This document shows, in pieces, positions 32,153 through 43,046 of a stretch of 64,000 nucleotides of DNA. Position numbers and translations under genes: made by a program. Numbering within the stretch: position 1 is the stretch's first letter; the number at the start of each line of letters is the position of its first letter. Under the pieces are notes generated by a model that saw only the letters and a list, made by a program, of their open reading frames with translations, was not told where the DNA came from and searched no databases. Source of the stretch: an uncultured delta proteobacterium (GTDB lineage: Bacteria > Desulfobacterota > Desulfuromonadia > Desulfuromonadales > JACZKF01); contig CAWFKQ010000007.1 in NCBI GenBank assembly GCA_963816395.1, positions 288,001-352,000 on the forward strand. The letters run 5' to 3'.

Positions 32153-32932
32153 CTACTTCCCCTTGAATTTCGCCTGCCTTTTTTCGACGAATGCCCCCAT
32201 CCCCTCCTTCTGGTCCTCAGTGGCGAAGCAGACGGCGAAAGCGTCGCGCTCCATCAGACAGGCGGCGGCCAGATTGACATCGCTGCCGGCATTGATGACT
32301 TCCTTGGCCAGGCGCAGGGAGAAGAGGCCGCGGCTGCAGATGGTCTCCAGCAGGGCCAGTGCGTCAGCCCGCAAGGTGTCGGCCGGACAGACCCGATTGA
32401 TCAGGCGGATGCGCCAGGCTTCGGCGGCGCCGACCGGCACGGCGGTGAAGAGCAGTTCCTTGGCTTTCGATTTACCGACCAGGCGGGGGAGGCGCTGGGT
32501 GCCGCCGAAGCCGGGAATCAGCCCGTACTCGATCTCCTTGAAGCCGAACGTCGCATCCTCCCCGGCGAGAATGAAGTCGCAGGCCAGGGCAAGTTCGAGC
32601 CCGGCCCCCAGGCAGAAGCCGGAAACCGCGGCCAGCAGCGGCTTGCCGAAGCGCTCCATGGCGGCGGTCACCGACTGCCCCAGCTCCGCCAGGCGGGTCG
32701 CCGCCAGCGGCGTCAGGTTGCGGATCTCGTTGAGGTCGGCGCCGGCGGCGAAGTTCTGCCCCGCCCCGGTCAGCAGCACCCCCTGCACCTCGGCATCTTC
32801 CCGCAGGGTGCCGAAGGCGGCGAGCAGTTCTTCCAGGGTGCGGCTGCCGATGGCATTGAGCACTGTCGGGCGGTTGATTTCGATTATGGCCAGACGGCCG
32901 TGACGGGTGATTCCAAGGTGGGCAGCAGGCAT
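32153..32932 (-). CDS. Enoyl-CoA hydratase/isomerase
   Basis: FAAGADL, GAGLELALACD, FKEIEYGLIPGFGGTQRL. Confidence 0.92.
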   Translation of the reverse strand: MPAAHLGITRHGRLAIIEINRPTVLNAIGSRTLEELLAAFGTLREDAEVQGVLLTGAGQNFAAGADLNEIRNLTPLAATRLAELGQSVTAAMERFGKPLLAAVSGFCLGAGLELALACDFILAGEDATFGFKEIEYGLIPGFGGTQRLPRLVGKSKAKELLFTAVPVGAAEAWRIRLINRVCPADTLRADALALLETICSRGLFSLRLAKEVINAGSDVNLAAACLMERDAFAVCFATEDQKEGMGAFVEKRQAKFKGK

Positions 32933-33016
32933 GCTCGAAGTCCTGGTGGCAAACAGCGGTTCGAAATTTCGGCCGGGATCATTTTAAGTGAAACTAAAAA
33001 GATTTAGCAGGCCGAA

Positions 33017-33045
33017 AATATAGCAACAGCCACCAGGGGTGTCAA
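33017..33045 (-). promoter_or_regulatory. sigma70 promoter of ech-cobO operon
   Basis: TTGACA-17-TATATT on minus strand. Confidence 0.7.
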
Positions 33046-33129
33046 GAGAATCGATTTTCATAACGTATTTTGGTGCAGCGGGCAGACCGGCAGGCATTCG
33101 GACGGTCGGGTTCTGCCCGCCAGCCCCGA

Positions 33130-33832
33130 TTATTTCATCTCCCCCTCAATCCCGACCTGCACCGTCTCCAGGGGCACTTTCCGGCCGCTGGCGGTGATTG
33201 CCTGCCGGGCAATCTGGATCAGGCCGGAGCAGCAGGGGACCTCCATGTGCAGAACGGTGAGGCTGCGGATGTCGTTATGCATCAGGATGGCGGTAAGTTT
33301 TTCCAGATAGGCGCGGCCGTCGTCGAGTTTCGGGCAGCCGATGAGCAGCGCTCTTCCCTGGAGGAAGTCGCGGTGGAAGTCGGCATGGGCGAAAGCCACG
33401 CAATCGGCCGACAGGAGCAGGTCGGCCTGGTGCAGGAAGTGCGCGGTCGGCGACACCAGGCGCATCTGCACCGGCCACTGGCGCAGGGCGGCGGCGCGGC
33501 GACCGGCTCCGTTGCGGCAGGCAGCGGCCGGCCGGTCCGGGGAAGCCACCCGGGCTGACGGGCAGCTGGCGGCGGCGGGAGGCGGAGCGGCGGAACCGTG
33601 CAGGTGCTCCTCCACTGCCTCTTCGTCGAAACGATCCGGCGTCTCGCTTCTCAATGATGATGGCATCCTGCGGGCAATGCCCCAGGCAAGCCCCCAGGCC
33701 GTCACAGAGATTATCGGCGAGCAACTTCGCCTTGCCGTCAATGATCCGGATCGCCCCTTCAGCGCAGGCCGGAACGCAAACGCCGCAGCCATCGCACTTT
33801 TCCTCGTCAATCTTCACGATCTCGCGAATCAT
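33130..33832 (-). CDS. 4Fe-4S dicluster protein with Cys-rich C-terminal domain (frameshifted)
   Basis: CDGCGVCVPAC, CDGLGACLGHCP; QWPVQ, ADC, GCPKLD, MEVPCC. Confidence 0.85.
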
Positions 33833-33855
33833 TCTGAATTCCTTTCGGCTAACGG

Positions 33856-33960
33856 AGAGGCTAGAGGCTAGAGGCTAGAGGCTAGAGGCTAGAGGAACTA
33901 CAAACTTGAGATTTGAACCCTGTCTTCGATTTTCACCTCTAGCCCCCTGCCTCTTGCCTA
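33856..33960. repeat. (AGAGGCT)5.7 heptamer tandem with complementary arm at 33936-33960
   Basis: Direct reading. Confidence 0.85.
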
Positions 33961-34332
33961 GAAAAGATAATGCCAAAGTAGGTCGAGCCGGCCCCGCAGG
34001 ATGAGATGACGGCCCGAGAAGCGCATGATCTCCCGTACTTTTTCCCGGTGTCCAGGCCGATAACAGTGGATGCGGCAGTGCTTGCAGGTCGGCTTCGGCT
34101 CGAGGGGACAGCGGCGGCGGCGGTTGATCGCATAGGCCAGGAAATCCCGGCATTCAGAGCAATACAGGCGCCGCTCCAGCCCGATCCCCGGCACTTCCGG
34201 ATCGATCGTCAGGGTTTCCTTTTCCCCCGCGTGATGATTCCGGCAGAAGACTGCGGTGAAGATGGCCAGGACCTTGAGGTCCCGGCGTTCCCCGGCAGTC
34301 AGCAAGGATGAAAGTTGACCGGTTGTTTTCAT
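33958..34332 (-). CDS. Nitrous-oxide-stimulated promoter family (YgbA-like) protein
   Basis: CPLEPKPTCKHCRIHCY...VREIMRFSG. Confidence 0.85.
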   Translation of the reverse strand: MKTTGQLSSLLTAGERRDLKVLAIFTAVFCRNHHAGEKETLTIDPEVPGIGLERRLYCSECRDFLAYAINRRRRCPLEPKPTCKHCRIHCYRPGHREKVREIMRFSGRHLILRGRLDLLWHYLF

Positions 34333-34489
34333 GTTTGCACTGTAGCCGGTATTTTCATCGTTCTCCTTGACGGAAGTCAAGAGCCCGTCAGATCTCCCGG
34401 CCAAAGAAAAATTCTTTATCCGACGGCCGGTTGCGTCCAAAATGACATCTGATATGCTTGTATTAGTAAAACGAAAATGGAGGAAATTT

Positions 34490-34684
34490 ATGAACAAAGA
34501 TGTTTTGAAGGGCCAGTGGAACCAGATGAAAGGCTCCATCAAGAAGAGATGGGGCAAATTAACGGACGACGACATGGACCGGATCGAAGGTGAGCGCGAT
34601 CGTCTGGTCGGCAAGATTCAGGAAAAATACGGCAGTTCGCGTGAACAAGCGGAAAAGGAAGTGGACGAATTCACCACCCACTGA
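34490..34684 (+). CDS. csbD: CsbD/YjbJ stress protein
   Basis: LKGQWNQMKG..WGKLTDDD...LVGKIQEKYG. Confidence 0.93.
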   Translation: MNKDVLKGQWNQMKGSIKKRWGKLTDDDMDRIEGERDRLVGKIQEKYGSSREQAEKEVDEFTTH

Positions 34685-34710
34685 GCAATCAATATCGATC
34701 CACCATAAAG

Positions 34711-34747
34711 AGGAACTCCCGGCATTATGCCGGGAGTTCCTTTTTTA
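34711..34747 (+). terminator. Rho-independent terminator
   Basis: GGAACTCCCGGCA-tta-TGCCGGGAGTTCC-TTTTTT. Confidence 0.9.
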
Positions 34748-34791
34748 ACCGATCACTCGTTCCAGAATCCATCCCCCCTGCCCCTCACCAG

Positions 34792-35250
34792 TTACCTTTT
34801 TTCCGCCTCCGGCGGCTGTTCCTGCCGGTAGGGAGAAATCCCGTAGAACATGTGGATCTTCCGGCTGTACTCCTCATCGGTCAGGTTCGGCGGCGGTTTC
34901 GGTTCCTCGGCGAGTTTCTCCGTGTTGACCGGCAGAGCCATATATTCTCTCCACGGCTGCGCTTTCTGCCGGTGCGACAGCGCTGCCCAGGGCACCATAT
35001 GGGTGGTGCTGCTGCTGCCGCCGCTGGCGACCAGAACATATACCACCCGGCCGGTCTGCATGTTGATCAGGATGTCCCGAATTTTACCGACCGACTTCCC
35101 CTGGCTATCCCGGACTTCCATGCCGACCACCTGATCGAGAGGGCGCAGATGGGCTTGCGGACGGGAATCCTCGGCGAGGACGGAAGCAGCAGACAGTCTC
35201 ACCATTGCGGCAATCAGCAGAACCGTCAAAAACCAACCGTGTTTTCGCAT
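34792..35250 (-). CDS. Exported PRC-barrel protein
   Basis: VGMEVRDSQGKSVGKIRDILIN...GRVVYVLV..GG...VPW. Confidence 0.85.
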   Translation of the reverse strand: MRKHGWFLTVLLIAAMVRLSAASVLAEDSRPQAHLRPLDQVVGMEVRDSQGKSVGKIRDILINMQTGRVVYVLVASGGSSSTTHMVPWAALSHRQKAQPWREYMALPVNTEKLAEEPKPPPNLTDEEYSRKIHMFYGISPYRQEQPPEAEKR

Positions 35251-35410
35251 CGCGTTTCTCCTGCCTGCGCCTAGGCTGATTAATGTAGGGAAAAACGATT
35301 TTCCGGCGCCTCTTTGCGGAGAATTGACAGCTCCTGCCACTAGGCTAAAGTGAATCTCAGGAAGATCAGAAGTTTACCGCAAAAAATTCCCCGGAAGGAG
35401 GTGACACTAT

Positions 35411-35590
35411 ATGTCCAGCGCTCTTTACTGGGCGGTGGGTTTCTTCATCATCGCCATCATCGCCGCCATTTTCGGCTTCGGCGGCATAGCGGAAGGTGCG
35501 GCGGCAGTCGCGCAGTTCCTGTTCTGGCTGTTCGTCATCCTGTTCCTGATTTCCCTGGTGGTCGGCCTGGTGAGACGCCCACGGGTCTGA
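35411..35590 (+). CDS. DUF1328/YtjA small membrane protein (59 aa)
   Basis: WAVGFFIIAIIAAIFGFGGIA.GAA..A..LF; GGAGG RBS. Confidence 0.9.
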   Translation: MSSALYWAVGFFIIAIIAAIFGFGGIAEGAAAVAQFLFWLFVILFLISLVVGLVRRPRV

Positions 35591-35675
35591 CGCCTGCAAC
35601 TTCCCGCGGCGCGGAAGCCGCATCCGCCCCGGAGGTCAGGATGCGGTTTCCTCCGCGGGCAGATTTCTTCCCTCC

Positions 35676-38072
35676 TTATTTTGTACCCTTCCCCCTTTCC
35701 TCCTCGGCCTGGGCAACCCGCCGCATCACAGTGATGACGCTGTCGGGATTGAGGGAGATCGAATCGATGCCGAGTTCCACCAGGAAAGCGGCGAACTCGG
35801 GGTAATCGCTCGGCGCCTGGCCGCAGATGCCGACCTTGGTGCCGGTCTTCTTCGCCGCCGCGAGCAGTTGGCCGATGATCTTCTTCACCGCCGGGTTGCG
35901 CTCATCGAACAATTTCCTGAGAATGCCCGAATCGCGGTCGACGCCCAGGGTCAGCTGGGTCAGATCGTTGGAGCCGATGGAAAAGCCGTCGAAACGCTCA
36001 GCGAATTCTTCCGCCAGCAGGACATTGGAAGGGATCTCCGCCATAACGTAGACCTGCAGGCCGTTTCTGCCCCGTTCCAGACCATATTCCGCCATCACTT
36101 CCAGCACCCGGTCGGCCTCCTCCAGGGTGCGGCAGAAGGGGACCATGACGATCACGTTGTCCAGGCCGATTTCATCCCGCACCCGCCGGAGCGCCCGGCA
36201 TTCCAGGGCGAAGCCGTCCCGGTAACGCTCATTGTAATAGCGGGAGGCGCCGCGGAAACCGAGCATCGGGTTTTCCTCCTCCGGCTCGAACTGCGCCCCG
36301 CCGAGCAGCCCCGCATACTCATTGGTCTTGAAGTCGCTCAGGCGCACGATCACCGGGTAGGGGTGCTGGGCGGCGGCGATTTTGGCGATGCCGCGGGAAA
36401 GGATGTCGACGAAATATTCCGGCTTGTCCGGATACCCCTCGGTCAGCTCCTCGATCCGGTGCTTCGCCTGCTTGTCCTCCAGCTGGTCGAAACGCACCAG
36501 CGCCATCGGGTGGATCTTGATCAGGTTGTTGATGATGAATTCCATGCGCGCCAGGCCGATCCCTTTGCAGGGGAGCCGCCACCAGCGGAAGGCGGCGGCC
36601 GGCTCGGCGACATTCATCATGATGTCGGTGGCGGGTTCCGGAAGATTCTCCAGGTCGATCTCCTTCGCCTCGAATTCGAGGATCCCCTGGTAGACATACC
36701 CTTCGTCCCCCTCGGCGCAGCTGATGGTGATCTCCTGACCGTCCTTGAGCCTTCTGGTGGCATTGCCGGTGCCGACCACGGCGGCGATACCCAGCTCCCG
36801 GCTGACGATGGCGGCGTGCGAGGTACGGCCGCCAAAATCGGTGACGATGCCGGCCGCTTTCTTCATGATCGGCACCCAGTCCGGGTCGGTCATGCCGGTG
36901 ACCAGGATGGTTCCCTCCTCGAAACGGTCGATTTCCTCGGCGCTCTTGATCACCTGCGCCTTGCCGGCGGCAATCGCCTGGCCGATGGCCAGCCCGGAGA
37001 TGATCCGCTCCCCCTTCTCTTTCAGCGCATAACTCCTGAACTGGGCGGCCTCCCGGCGCGACTGCACCGTCTCGGGCCGGGCCTGGACGATGTAAAGTCG
37101 GCCGGTGTCCCCGTCCTTGGCCCATTCCATATCCATCGGCTTGCCGTAATGCCGTTCGATAACGCAGGCCCAGCGGGCGAGTTGCAGGATCTCATCATCC
37201 ATCAGCACGAAGGAATGCCGCTCCTGCCGGGAGGTGCGGACGTTCCGGGTGGCATGGCTGCCACCTTTGCCGTAGATCATCTTCTGCTCCTTGCTCCCCA
37301 TCGCCTTCTCGATGATCGGCTCGAATTTTTCCTGGTCCAGCAAGGGCTTGAAGACCATGTATTCGTCGGGAGTGACCGCCCCCTGGACCACGTTCTCCCC
37401 CAGCCCCCAGGCGGCGTTGATCACCGCCACCCGGGGAAAGCCGGTCTCGGTATCGATGGAAAACATGACGCCGGCGCTCGCCCGGTCGGACCGGACCATC
37501 TTCTGCACCCCGACCGAAAGAGCGACCTTCAAGTGGTCGAATTTGTTGTTGTCGCGGTAACTGATGGCCCGATCGGTGAAGAGGGAGGCATAACAGCGAC
37601 GGCAGGCGTCGAGCAGCTCCTTGTCGCCGTTAACATTGAGAAAGGTCTCCTGCTGGCCGGCGAAGGAGGCCTCGGGCAGGTCCTCGGCGGTGGCACTGCT
37701 GCGTACCGCTACATCGACTTCCTCCGACTTGTGCCGGCGGGACAACTCACGGTACGCCTGACGGATCTCCCCGGCGATCTCCTCCGGCCATTCGCCATCG
37801 GTGAACAGGCGGCGGATCGTCTTGCCGGCCTGCTCCAGTGACTTCCGGCCGCCGTGATAATCGTCGATCAGGGCGCGGATTTTATCCTCCAGGGCGTTCT
37901 TCTCAAGGAATTTCCGGTAGGCTTCGGCCGTAGTGGCGAAACCGTCCGGCACGCGCACCCCTTCCTCCTTGAGGGCTCCGATCATCTCCCCGAGGGAGGC
38001 GTTCTTTCCGCCGACTATCGCCACGTCGTCCTTGCCCAGTTCCTCGAACCAGCGCACCAGTCTATCGGCCAT
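35676..38072 (-). CDS. ppsA: Phosphoenolpyruvate synthase
   Basis: GGKNASLGEM, VRSSATAED, GGRTSHAAI, FSIGSNDLTQ. Confidence 0.97.
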   Translation of the reverse strand: MADRLVRWFEELGKDDVAIVGGKNASLGEMIGALKEEGVRVPDGFATTAEAYRKFLEKNALEDKIRALIDDYHGGRKSLEQAGKTIRRLFTDGEWPEEIAGEIRQAYRELSRRHKSEEVDVAVRSSATAEDLPEASFAGQQETFLNVNGDKELLDACRRCYASLFTDRAISYRDNNKFDHLKVALSVGVQKMVRSDRASAGVMFSIDTETGFPRVAVINAAWGLGENVVQGAVTPDEYMVFKPLLDQEKFEPIIEKAMGSKEQKMIYGKGGSHATRNVRTSRQERHSFVLMDDEILQLARWACVIERHYGKPMDMEWAKDGDTGRLYIVQARPETVQSRREAAQFRSYALKEKGERIISGLAIGQAIAAGKAQVIKSAEEIDRFEEGTILVTGMTDPDWVPIMKKAAGIVTDFGGRTSHAAIVSRELGIAAVVGTGNATRRLKDGQEITISCAEGDEGYVYQGILEFEAKEIDLENLPEPATDIMMNVAEPAAAFRWWRLPCKGIGLARMEFIINNLIKIHPMALVRFDQLEDKQAKHRIEELTEGYPDKPEYFVDILSRGIAKIAAAQHPYPVIVRLSDFKTNEYAGLLGGAQFEPEEENPMLGFRGASRYYNERYRDGFALECRALRRVRDEIGLDNVIVMVPFCRTLEEADRVLEVMAEYGLERGRNGLQVYVMAEIPSNVLLAEEFAERFDGFSIGSNDLTQLTLGVDRDSGILRKLFDERNPAVKKIIGQLLAAAKKTGTKVGICGQAPSDYPEFAAFLVELGIDSISLNPDSVITVMRRVAQAEEERGKGTK

Positions 38073-38141
38073 CGCACTCTCCTTCCAGGGGGGTCTTAGA
38101 ACAGCTTATCCCGGAGTTCGACAGGAGCAAGGGCCGTCGGC

Positions 38142-39006
38142 TCAGCCGTCCAGGAGACGCGCCAGCCGGTCGAGGAAAATCCGTACCTCCTCCGGGCTCT
38201 CCAAAGCATATTCAGCGCAGGTGGGACGATCCTCATCGCGGACGAGGATGCCGATCCCCCGGCCCCGCAGCGCGCGAAAAGCATCCTCGTCGGTGAGGTC
38301 GTCGCCGAGGTAAAAGGGAAGGATCTCCGGCCGATCGAGTTCCAGCTTCTCCAGCAGGAAAAGGACCGCCCGTCCCTTATCCCAGTCGAAATCGGGACGC
38401 AGCTCGAAAATCATCTTCCCCCCCGTGCGGCGCAGACCGCGGACCTCGGTCAGCACCGCCTCGACCACTGCCGCCACCGCCTGCACCGCCGCTGCCGCCG
38501 CCTCGCGGAAATGAACGGCGACAGCAAAACGCTTTCGTTCCACCCGCACCCCGGCAATGTCGGCCAGACGCTGCCGCAGCAACCCTTCCGCCCGGTCGAG
38601 AGCAGGCAGATAGGCATTCCCCTGGCTGAATTCCAGATGGCGGCCGGCCGGCCCCTCGATATCGAAGCCGTGGCTGCCGGCATAGGCGATCCCTGGCACC
38701 CCGGCCATGTTCTTGACGTCCGGCAGATCGCGGCCGCTCACCACCGCCACCGGGCAGGCGCCCGCCAGGCTCGCTGACCGACCGCCGCATTTCGGGGGAG
38801 ATGCGGGCCTCCTCCGGCCGGCGAACGATGGGCGTCAGCACGCCATCGTAATCGAGAAAGACCGCCGGCCGCCGCCCCGCCAGGCGTTCGGCAATCCCGC
38901 CCAAGCGATCCAGGGCCGAGTCAAGTTCGCTGGACTGACGCTCGCCGGCTTCGGGGGCATTTTCCGCAGACTTCAACGTTCCCTCCCCTGTTGATGGTTT
39001 CTTCAC
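38142..39006 (-). CDS. otsB: Trehalose-6-phosphate phosphatase (frameshift ~38770)
   Basis: FLDYDGVLTPI, VVSGR, AGSHG, WDKG, GDDLTDEDAF. Confidence 0.92.
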
Positions 39007-39318
39007 AGTTTAACAAAATGATAAGACGTTTTAACGCCCGCTCCAGGTGGCACTCAGCCCAGGACTACCGCTCACGAATCGTCGACGCACAGGCGCTGAG
39101 AGAAAACCGGCAACCTGTCTTCTTGAGCGGGGGTAACTCCACGCCATTCCTCTTCTCGCACCTCCTATTGTTGCATTTTCCAAACACTCTGCTAATTTTA
39201 AATTTATTTAATTATATTATCTTATTTATTCAGAGAAGCAGTTCATATCGCTTGTGGTCCCTGCATACGCATAAGGCGTGCAAGGCCTGAGGCCGCTCAA
39301 AAATTCAGGGATCTTATC

Positions 39319-40455
39319 TTGCTGCATTCGCAAATTTTCCTAATCTGCCGACATATCGGGCGCCAGGAAAATCTGCCCGAATTAATACGAAGGATAGCGA
39401 AGAGTCTGTCGACTGCGAAGGGTTTCCGGTGGGAGGTCGTGATTTTTGATGACAACAGCCGCGACGGCACCGCCGAACTCTGTCAGCGGCTTGCTGAGGA
39501 TTATCCGGCCAGGTTGTTGATTCGCGAGAGTGAGCGCGGTTTGTCCAGTGCTGTAGTGCACGGGATGCGGCATGCCCGCGGTGATGTGCTGTGGTTATGG
39601 ATGCAGACCTGTCGCATCCGCCAGAAAAGATACCTGAAATGGTTGCGGCATCTGAAGGACAGATCAAACGAGTTTGTCATAGGAAGCCGCTATGTGGCCG
39701 GCGGCAGAACCGACGAAAGTTGGGGGTTCTTTCGCTGGTTGAATTCGAAAGTCGCCACGTTGATGGCTCGGCCCTTCACCCGAGCCCGCGATCCTATGGC
39801 CGGTTTCTTTGCGATCAGACGGAAAACGCTGATGCGGGCGAACGCGTTGAATCCGATCGGGTACAAGATTGCTCTGGAACTGATCGTCAAATGTCACTGT
39901 GACAACGTCAAGGAAATCCCGATCGAATTCCAGGACCGGCAACGGGGTCAGAGCAAACTGAATTTACGCGAACAGATCAACTATCTCGTCCACATCGTCC
40001 GGCTCTTGGACTACAAGTTCGAGCACCTTACCTGCCCGGTCAAGTTCTGCCTGGTCGGGGCTACCGGAATAGCAGTGGACCTGACCGCGCTTGCCGTATT
40101 TTTGAAGCTTCAATCCATGCCTCTGTTTACATCCCGGTCATTGGCCATATGGCTCGCCATGACTTGGAACTTAATTCTCAACCGTCAGTTAACGTTCAGA
40201 AAAGACCGCGGGCACACCTGGATGAAGTTGTATCCTCTTTTCTGTGCCAGTTGTCTGGGCGTTGCCTTCGCCTCCTGGAGTGTCAGTGTCGGTCTCAGCC
40301 ATGGGACAGCGTTTTTCGGCATGCATCCCTTGCTGGCGGCAGGATGTGGAGTTATCGCCGGCACCGCCCTGAACTACCTCTGCAATCGCCATTTCACCTT
40401 CAGACGAGATGCTGCTGAACCGTCCGGAAATGTCACGAAAAATCTCGACTGCTGA
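39319..40455 (+). CDS. Polyprenol-phosphate mannose synthase-like GT2 fused to GtrA domain (frameshifted)
   Basis: DDNSRDGT, MDADLSHPPE, IGSRYV.GG, DPMAGFF; C-terminal KFCLVG...N...TF GtrA pattern. Confidence 0.85.
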   Translation: MLHSQIFLICRHIGRQENLPELIRRIAKSLSTAKGFRWEVVIFDDNSRDGTAELCQRLAEDYPARLLIRESERGLSSAVVHGMRHARGDVLWLWMQTCRIRQKRYLKWLRHLKDRSNEFVIGSRYVAGGRTDESWGFFRWLNSKVATLMARPFTRARDPMAGFFAIRRKTLMRANALNPIGYKIALELIVKCHCDNVKEIPIEFQDRQRGQSKLNLREQINYLVHIVRLLDYKFEHLTCPVKFCLVGATGIAVDLTALAVFLKLQSMPLFTSRSLAIWLAMTWNLILNRQLTFRKDRGHTWMKLYPLFCASCLGVAFASWSVSVGLSHGTAFFGMHPLLAAGCGVIAGTALNYLCNRHFTFRRDAAEPSGNVTKNLDC

Positions 40456-40660
40456 CCGGGGCGCTTTCATCTCGCCGTGCTTTTCCCGAGATCGCGCTGG
40501 CGCGATGTCCTGCTGACATTGTTTGCCCTGACCCTGTTCCTGCGCGTCGTGGCAATGGTGGTTGTGCCACTAACCCTGCTCTTACTTACGGTATTCCTCC
40601 GCCTTTGCGCCACTAGTGAGCGAAGCGAACGGGCGTTAAATCGGTTTGCTTCGTTTCCGT

Positions 40661-41534
40661 TCATCCCCGCCCGGCCCGCCCCGCCCAGACCACCCCGCCG
40701 ATAATCAGCAGACCGCCGAACACCGATGCGCCAGGTGAACGGTTCATCAAGGGTGAGAATGCCGGTGAGCACGCCGACCAGGGGGATCAAGTTGATCAGG
40801 GAACTGGTGCGGGTGACGCCGAGTACGGGCAGGGCCTGGTTCCAGGCGAGGTAAGCGAGGGCGGAACAGACGATTCCCAGGAAAACCACGCCTAGGCAGG
40901 CCGGGGCTGAGGGGATGGCAAAGGGAAGGAAAGCCGTCTCGGCCAGCGCCGCCGGCAGCAGGGTAACCGCCCCCACCGCCATGATCCGCCAGGTCAGGTA
41001 TGGCCCGGGGTAGCGGCCGGTCAGGCGGTCGGCGACCAGCGTGTAGCCGACCCAGCAGGCAACCGCACCCAGCATCAGCAGATCGCCTTCCAGACTGGCT
41101 CCACCGGCCCCACGACCGAAGATCAGGGCCACCCCGGCCAGCGCCGGCAGCAGCCCGGCGATCACCTTTGCCGCCGGGCGCCGGCGATAGCGCCAGGCCG
41201 CCGCCAGTTCGGTCACCAGAGGGATGGTGGCGACGATCAGAGCCGCATGCGAAGCGGTGGTGCGGGTCAGCCCGAAATTCTCGAAAGCGAAGTAGAAGGT
41301 GACGCCGAACAACCCCAGGGCGAAGACGGCGACGCGGTCCGTCGCGGCAATCCGTATCCGGGTCCGCCGCGCCGCCGGCCAGAGGACCGCCGCCGCCAGG
41401 GCGAAACGCAGGAACGCCAGCGCCATCGGCGGAATCTCCCGCACCGCCGCCCGGGTCACGGCGAAAGAGGCGCCCCACACCAGGATCGCGAAAAGGGCCG
41501 GCAGCAGCCCGGCCCGACAGGAACCCTCCTTCAT
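40661..41534 (-). CDS. EamA/DMT transporter (3' frameshift)
   Basis: WGASF...LAFLRF, about 10 TM segments. Confidence 0.88.
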
Positions 41535-41728
41535 GCTCTACCGCCTTGGCAGAAAGTTGCAAGAGCCGTCATGGGCGTCCATTATATTTTCGTGTCCGCC
41601 GCTTCGCACTATCTTTCCATCGGTCGCCGGGGGAGGGGTTTTCCGTTAAAATTACCGTCAGACAGCCTCCGCGGCAGAAGAGAACCCAGCAGATGCACCA
41701 CCGGGTGCGTCAGAAAAAGGAGAAACTC

Positions 41729-41932
41729 ATGCCCTACGTCAACATCCGAATTACCCGGGAAGGCGCAACGGCGGCGCAGAAGGCCAGACTGATCGAAGAG
41801 GTGACCAATCTGCTGCAGGAGGTGCTCGGCAAGAATCCGGCGACTACGGTAGTGGTGATCGATGAGGTGGAGACCGACAATTGGGGAATCGGCGGCGAAA
41901 CCGTCACCGCCCGCCGCCGACGGACGCCCTGA
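41729..41932 (+). CDS. 4-oxalocrotonate tautomerase family protein
   Basis: Pro-1 (MPYVNIRI), VVIDEV..DNWGIGG. Confidence 0.92.
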   Translation: MPYVNIRITREGATAAQKARLIEEVTNLLQEVLGKNPATTVVVIDEVETDNWGIGGETVTARRRRTP

Positions 41933-41954
41933 GGAGCCGGGGGAATCCGGGCTT

Positions 41955-42341
41955 TCAAGGGGAAATCACCAGATAGAAAGCCAGGGCGGTGGCGGTGACC
42001 AGGGCTAGCAGGAGTATCCACAAAATCCACGGGGAGATTACCGCCACCCCCTCCCTTTTCATTTCTCGATAGCCCTGGCGGTAGCGCCAGAAGGCGATGC
42101 CGAAGAGGATAGCGCTGACCAGCACCAAAAGCCCGCCCAGGGAAGAGGTCAAGAGGGGCAGGTTGAGGTGCTGCAGCAAACGGGCGATGGCCAGGCCGGC
42201 GGCCAGTGCCGCCAGGCCCGTGCGCAGCCAGGCACTGAAGGTCCGCTCGACGGCGAGCAGGGTGCGGTGCATCGCCCAGTCGGTGCGATCCCTGGCCAAT
42301 TCCCTGCGATCTTCTTGCCGGCGCTCCCCTTCCTCTGCCAT
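41955..42341 (-). CDS. YidH/DUF202 membrane protein
   Basis: RTLLAVERTFSAWLRTG. Confidence 0.88.
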   Translation of the reverse strand: MAEEGERRQEDRRELARDRTDWAMHRTLLAVERTFSAWLRTGLAALAAGLAIARLLQHLNLPLLTSSLGGLLVLVSAILFGIAFWRYRQGYREMKREGVAVISPWILWILLLALVTATALAFYLVISP

Positions 42342-42444
42342 TTCCGCATTATAGCATCCCCCCTATCTTCGCCCCCCGCCGTCGGTTGACATCCCCTGAT
42401 TTACGCTTATTATGAATAGAATTTAATTTTTTAGTGGAAAGGCC

Positions 42445-42723
42445 ATGCTCATCCGGGTGATGTATCACAACCGCAGATACGATATGGTCAAGGATTTCTT
42501 CCTCCAGAACCTGATCGCCTCCGGCCGAATAAACCGCTTCTACCGCGCTGACGGTTGGGCGGAAATCGGCCGCGATCCACTGCGGGGAAGCGGGACTCAT
42601 TCGCACACCGGCCCCGAGCGTCGCGAGCATGTCATCCATCGCCCCCTGGATACACTGATCCACATTGGCGAAAACCGTTATCGCCCGCATTTTCCCGGGC
42701 GATTCGATCTTGAAATCAGCTGA
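42445..42723 (+). CDS. GSU3473-family small protein
   Basis: MLIRVMY...YDMVK...L..LI..G.I..F.R.DGW..IGRDPLRG...GPERR. Confidence 0.8.
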   Translation: MLIRVMYHNRRYDMVKDFFLQNLIASGRINRFYRADGWAEIGRDPLRGSGTHSHTGPERREHVIHRPLDTLIHIGENRYRPHFPGRFDLEIS

Positions 42724-43046
42724 CTTCTGAAGAGAAAAAAAGAAGCCATCCGCAATGGGATGGCTATTTGAGTGCCCGTCGACCAAGGCCGGGGACATTG
42801 AAATTGGATTTTGATCAGATAAAAAATGCCCTTTATGGGCTACAAAGCAACAGATTCCCATTACAACCAAATCTGTTACTATTTAATTTCTTCTGGCGGT
42901 GCTGGAGATGGGCTCAAAGTAGAGCAATCCCCACAATAAATCAAGAAAATATTTTTTCCTGAAATAAAACTAAAATAACGGCCGTGGACTATTCTCGCCG
43001 AAGGGCACTTATCCTTCAGGCCCGGATAGTACTCAGGACGGGGAGG

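Noticed and set aside
32933..33130. Cobalamin riboswitch ahead of B12-related genes
   Set aside because: No B12-box or other conserved element recognisable here or before icmF.
42960..43040. c-di-GMP/cGAMP (GEMM) riboswitch-like GGGCCTGAAGGATA on minus strand
   Set aside because: Lacks the GCAAAC...GAAA P1/P2 elements and has no co-oriented downstream gene.
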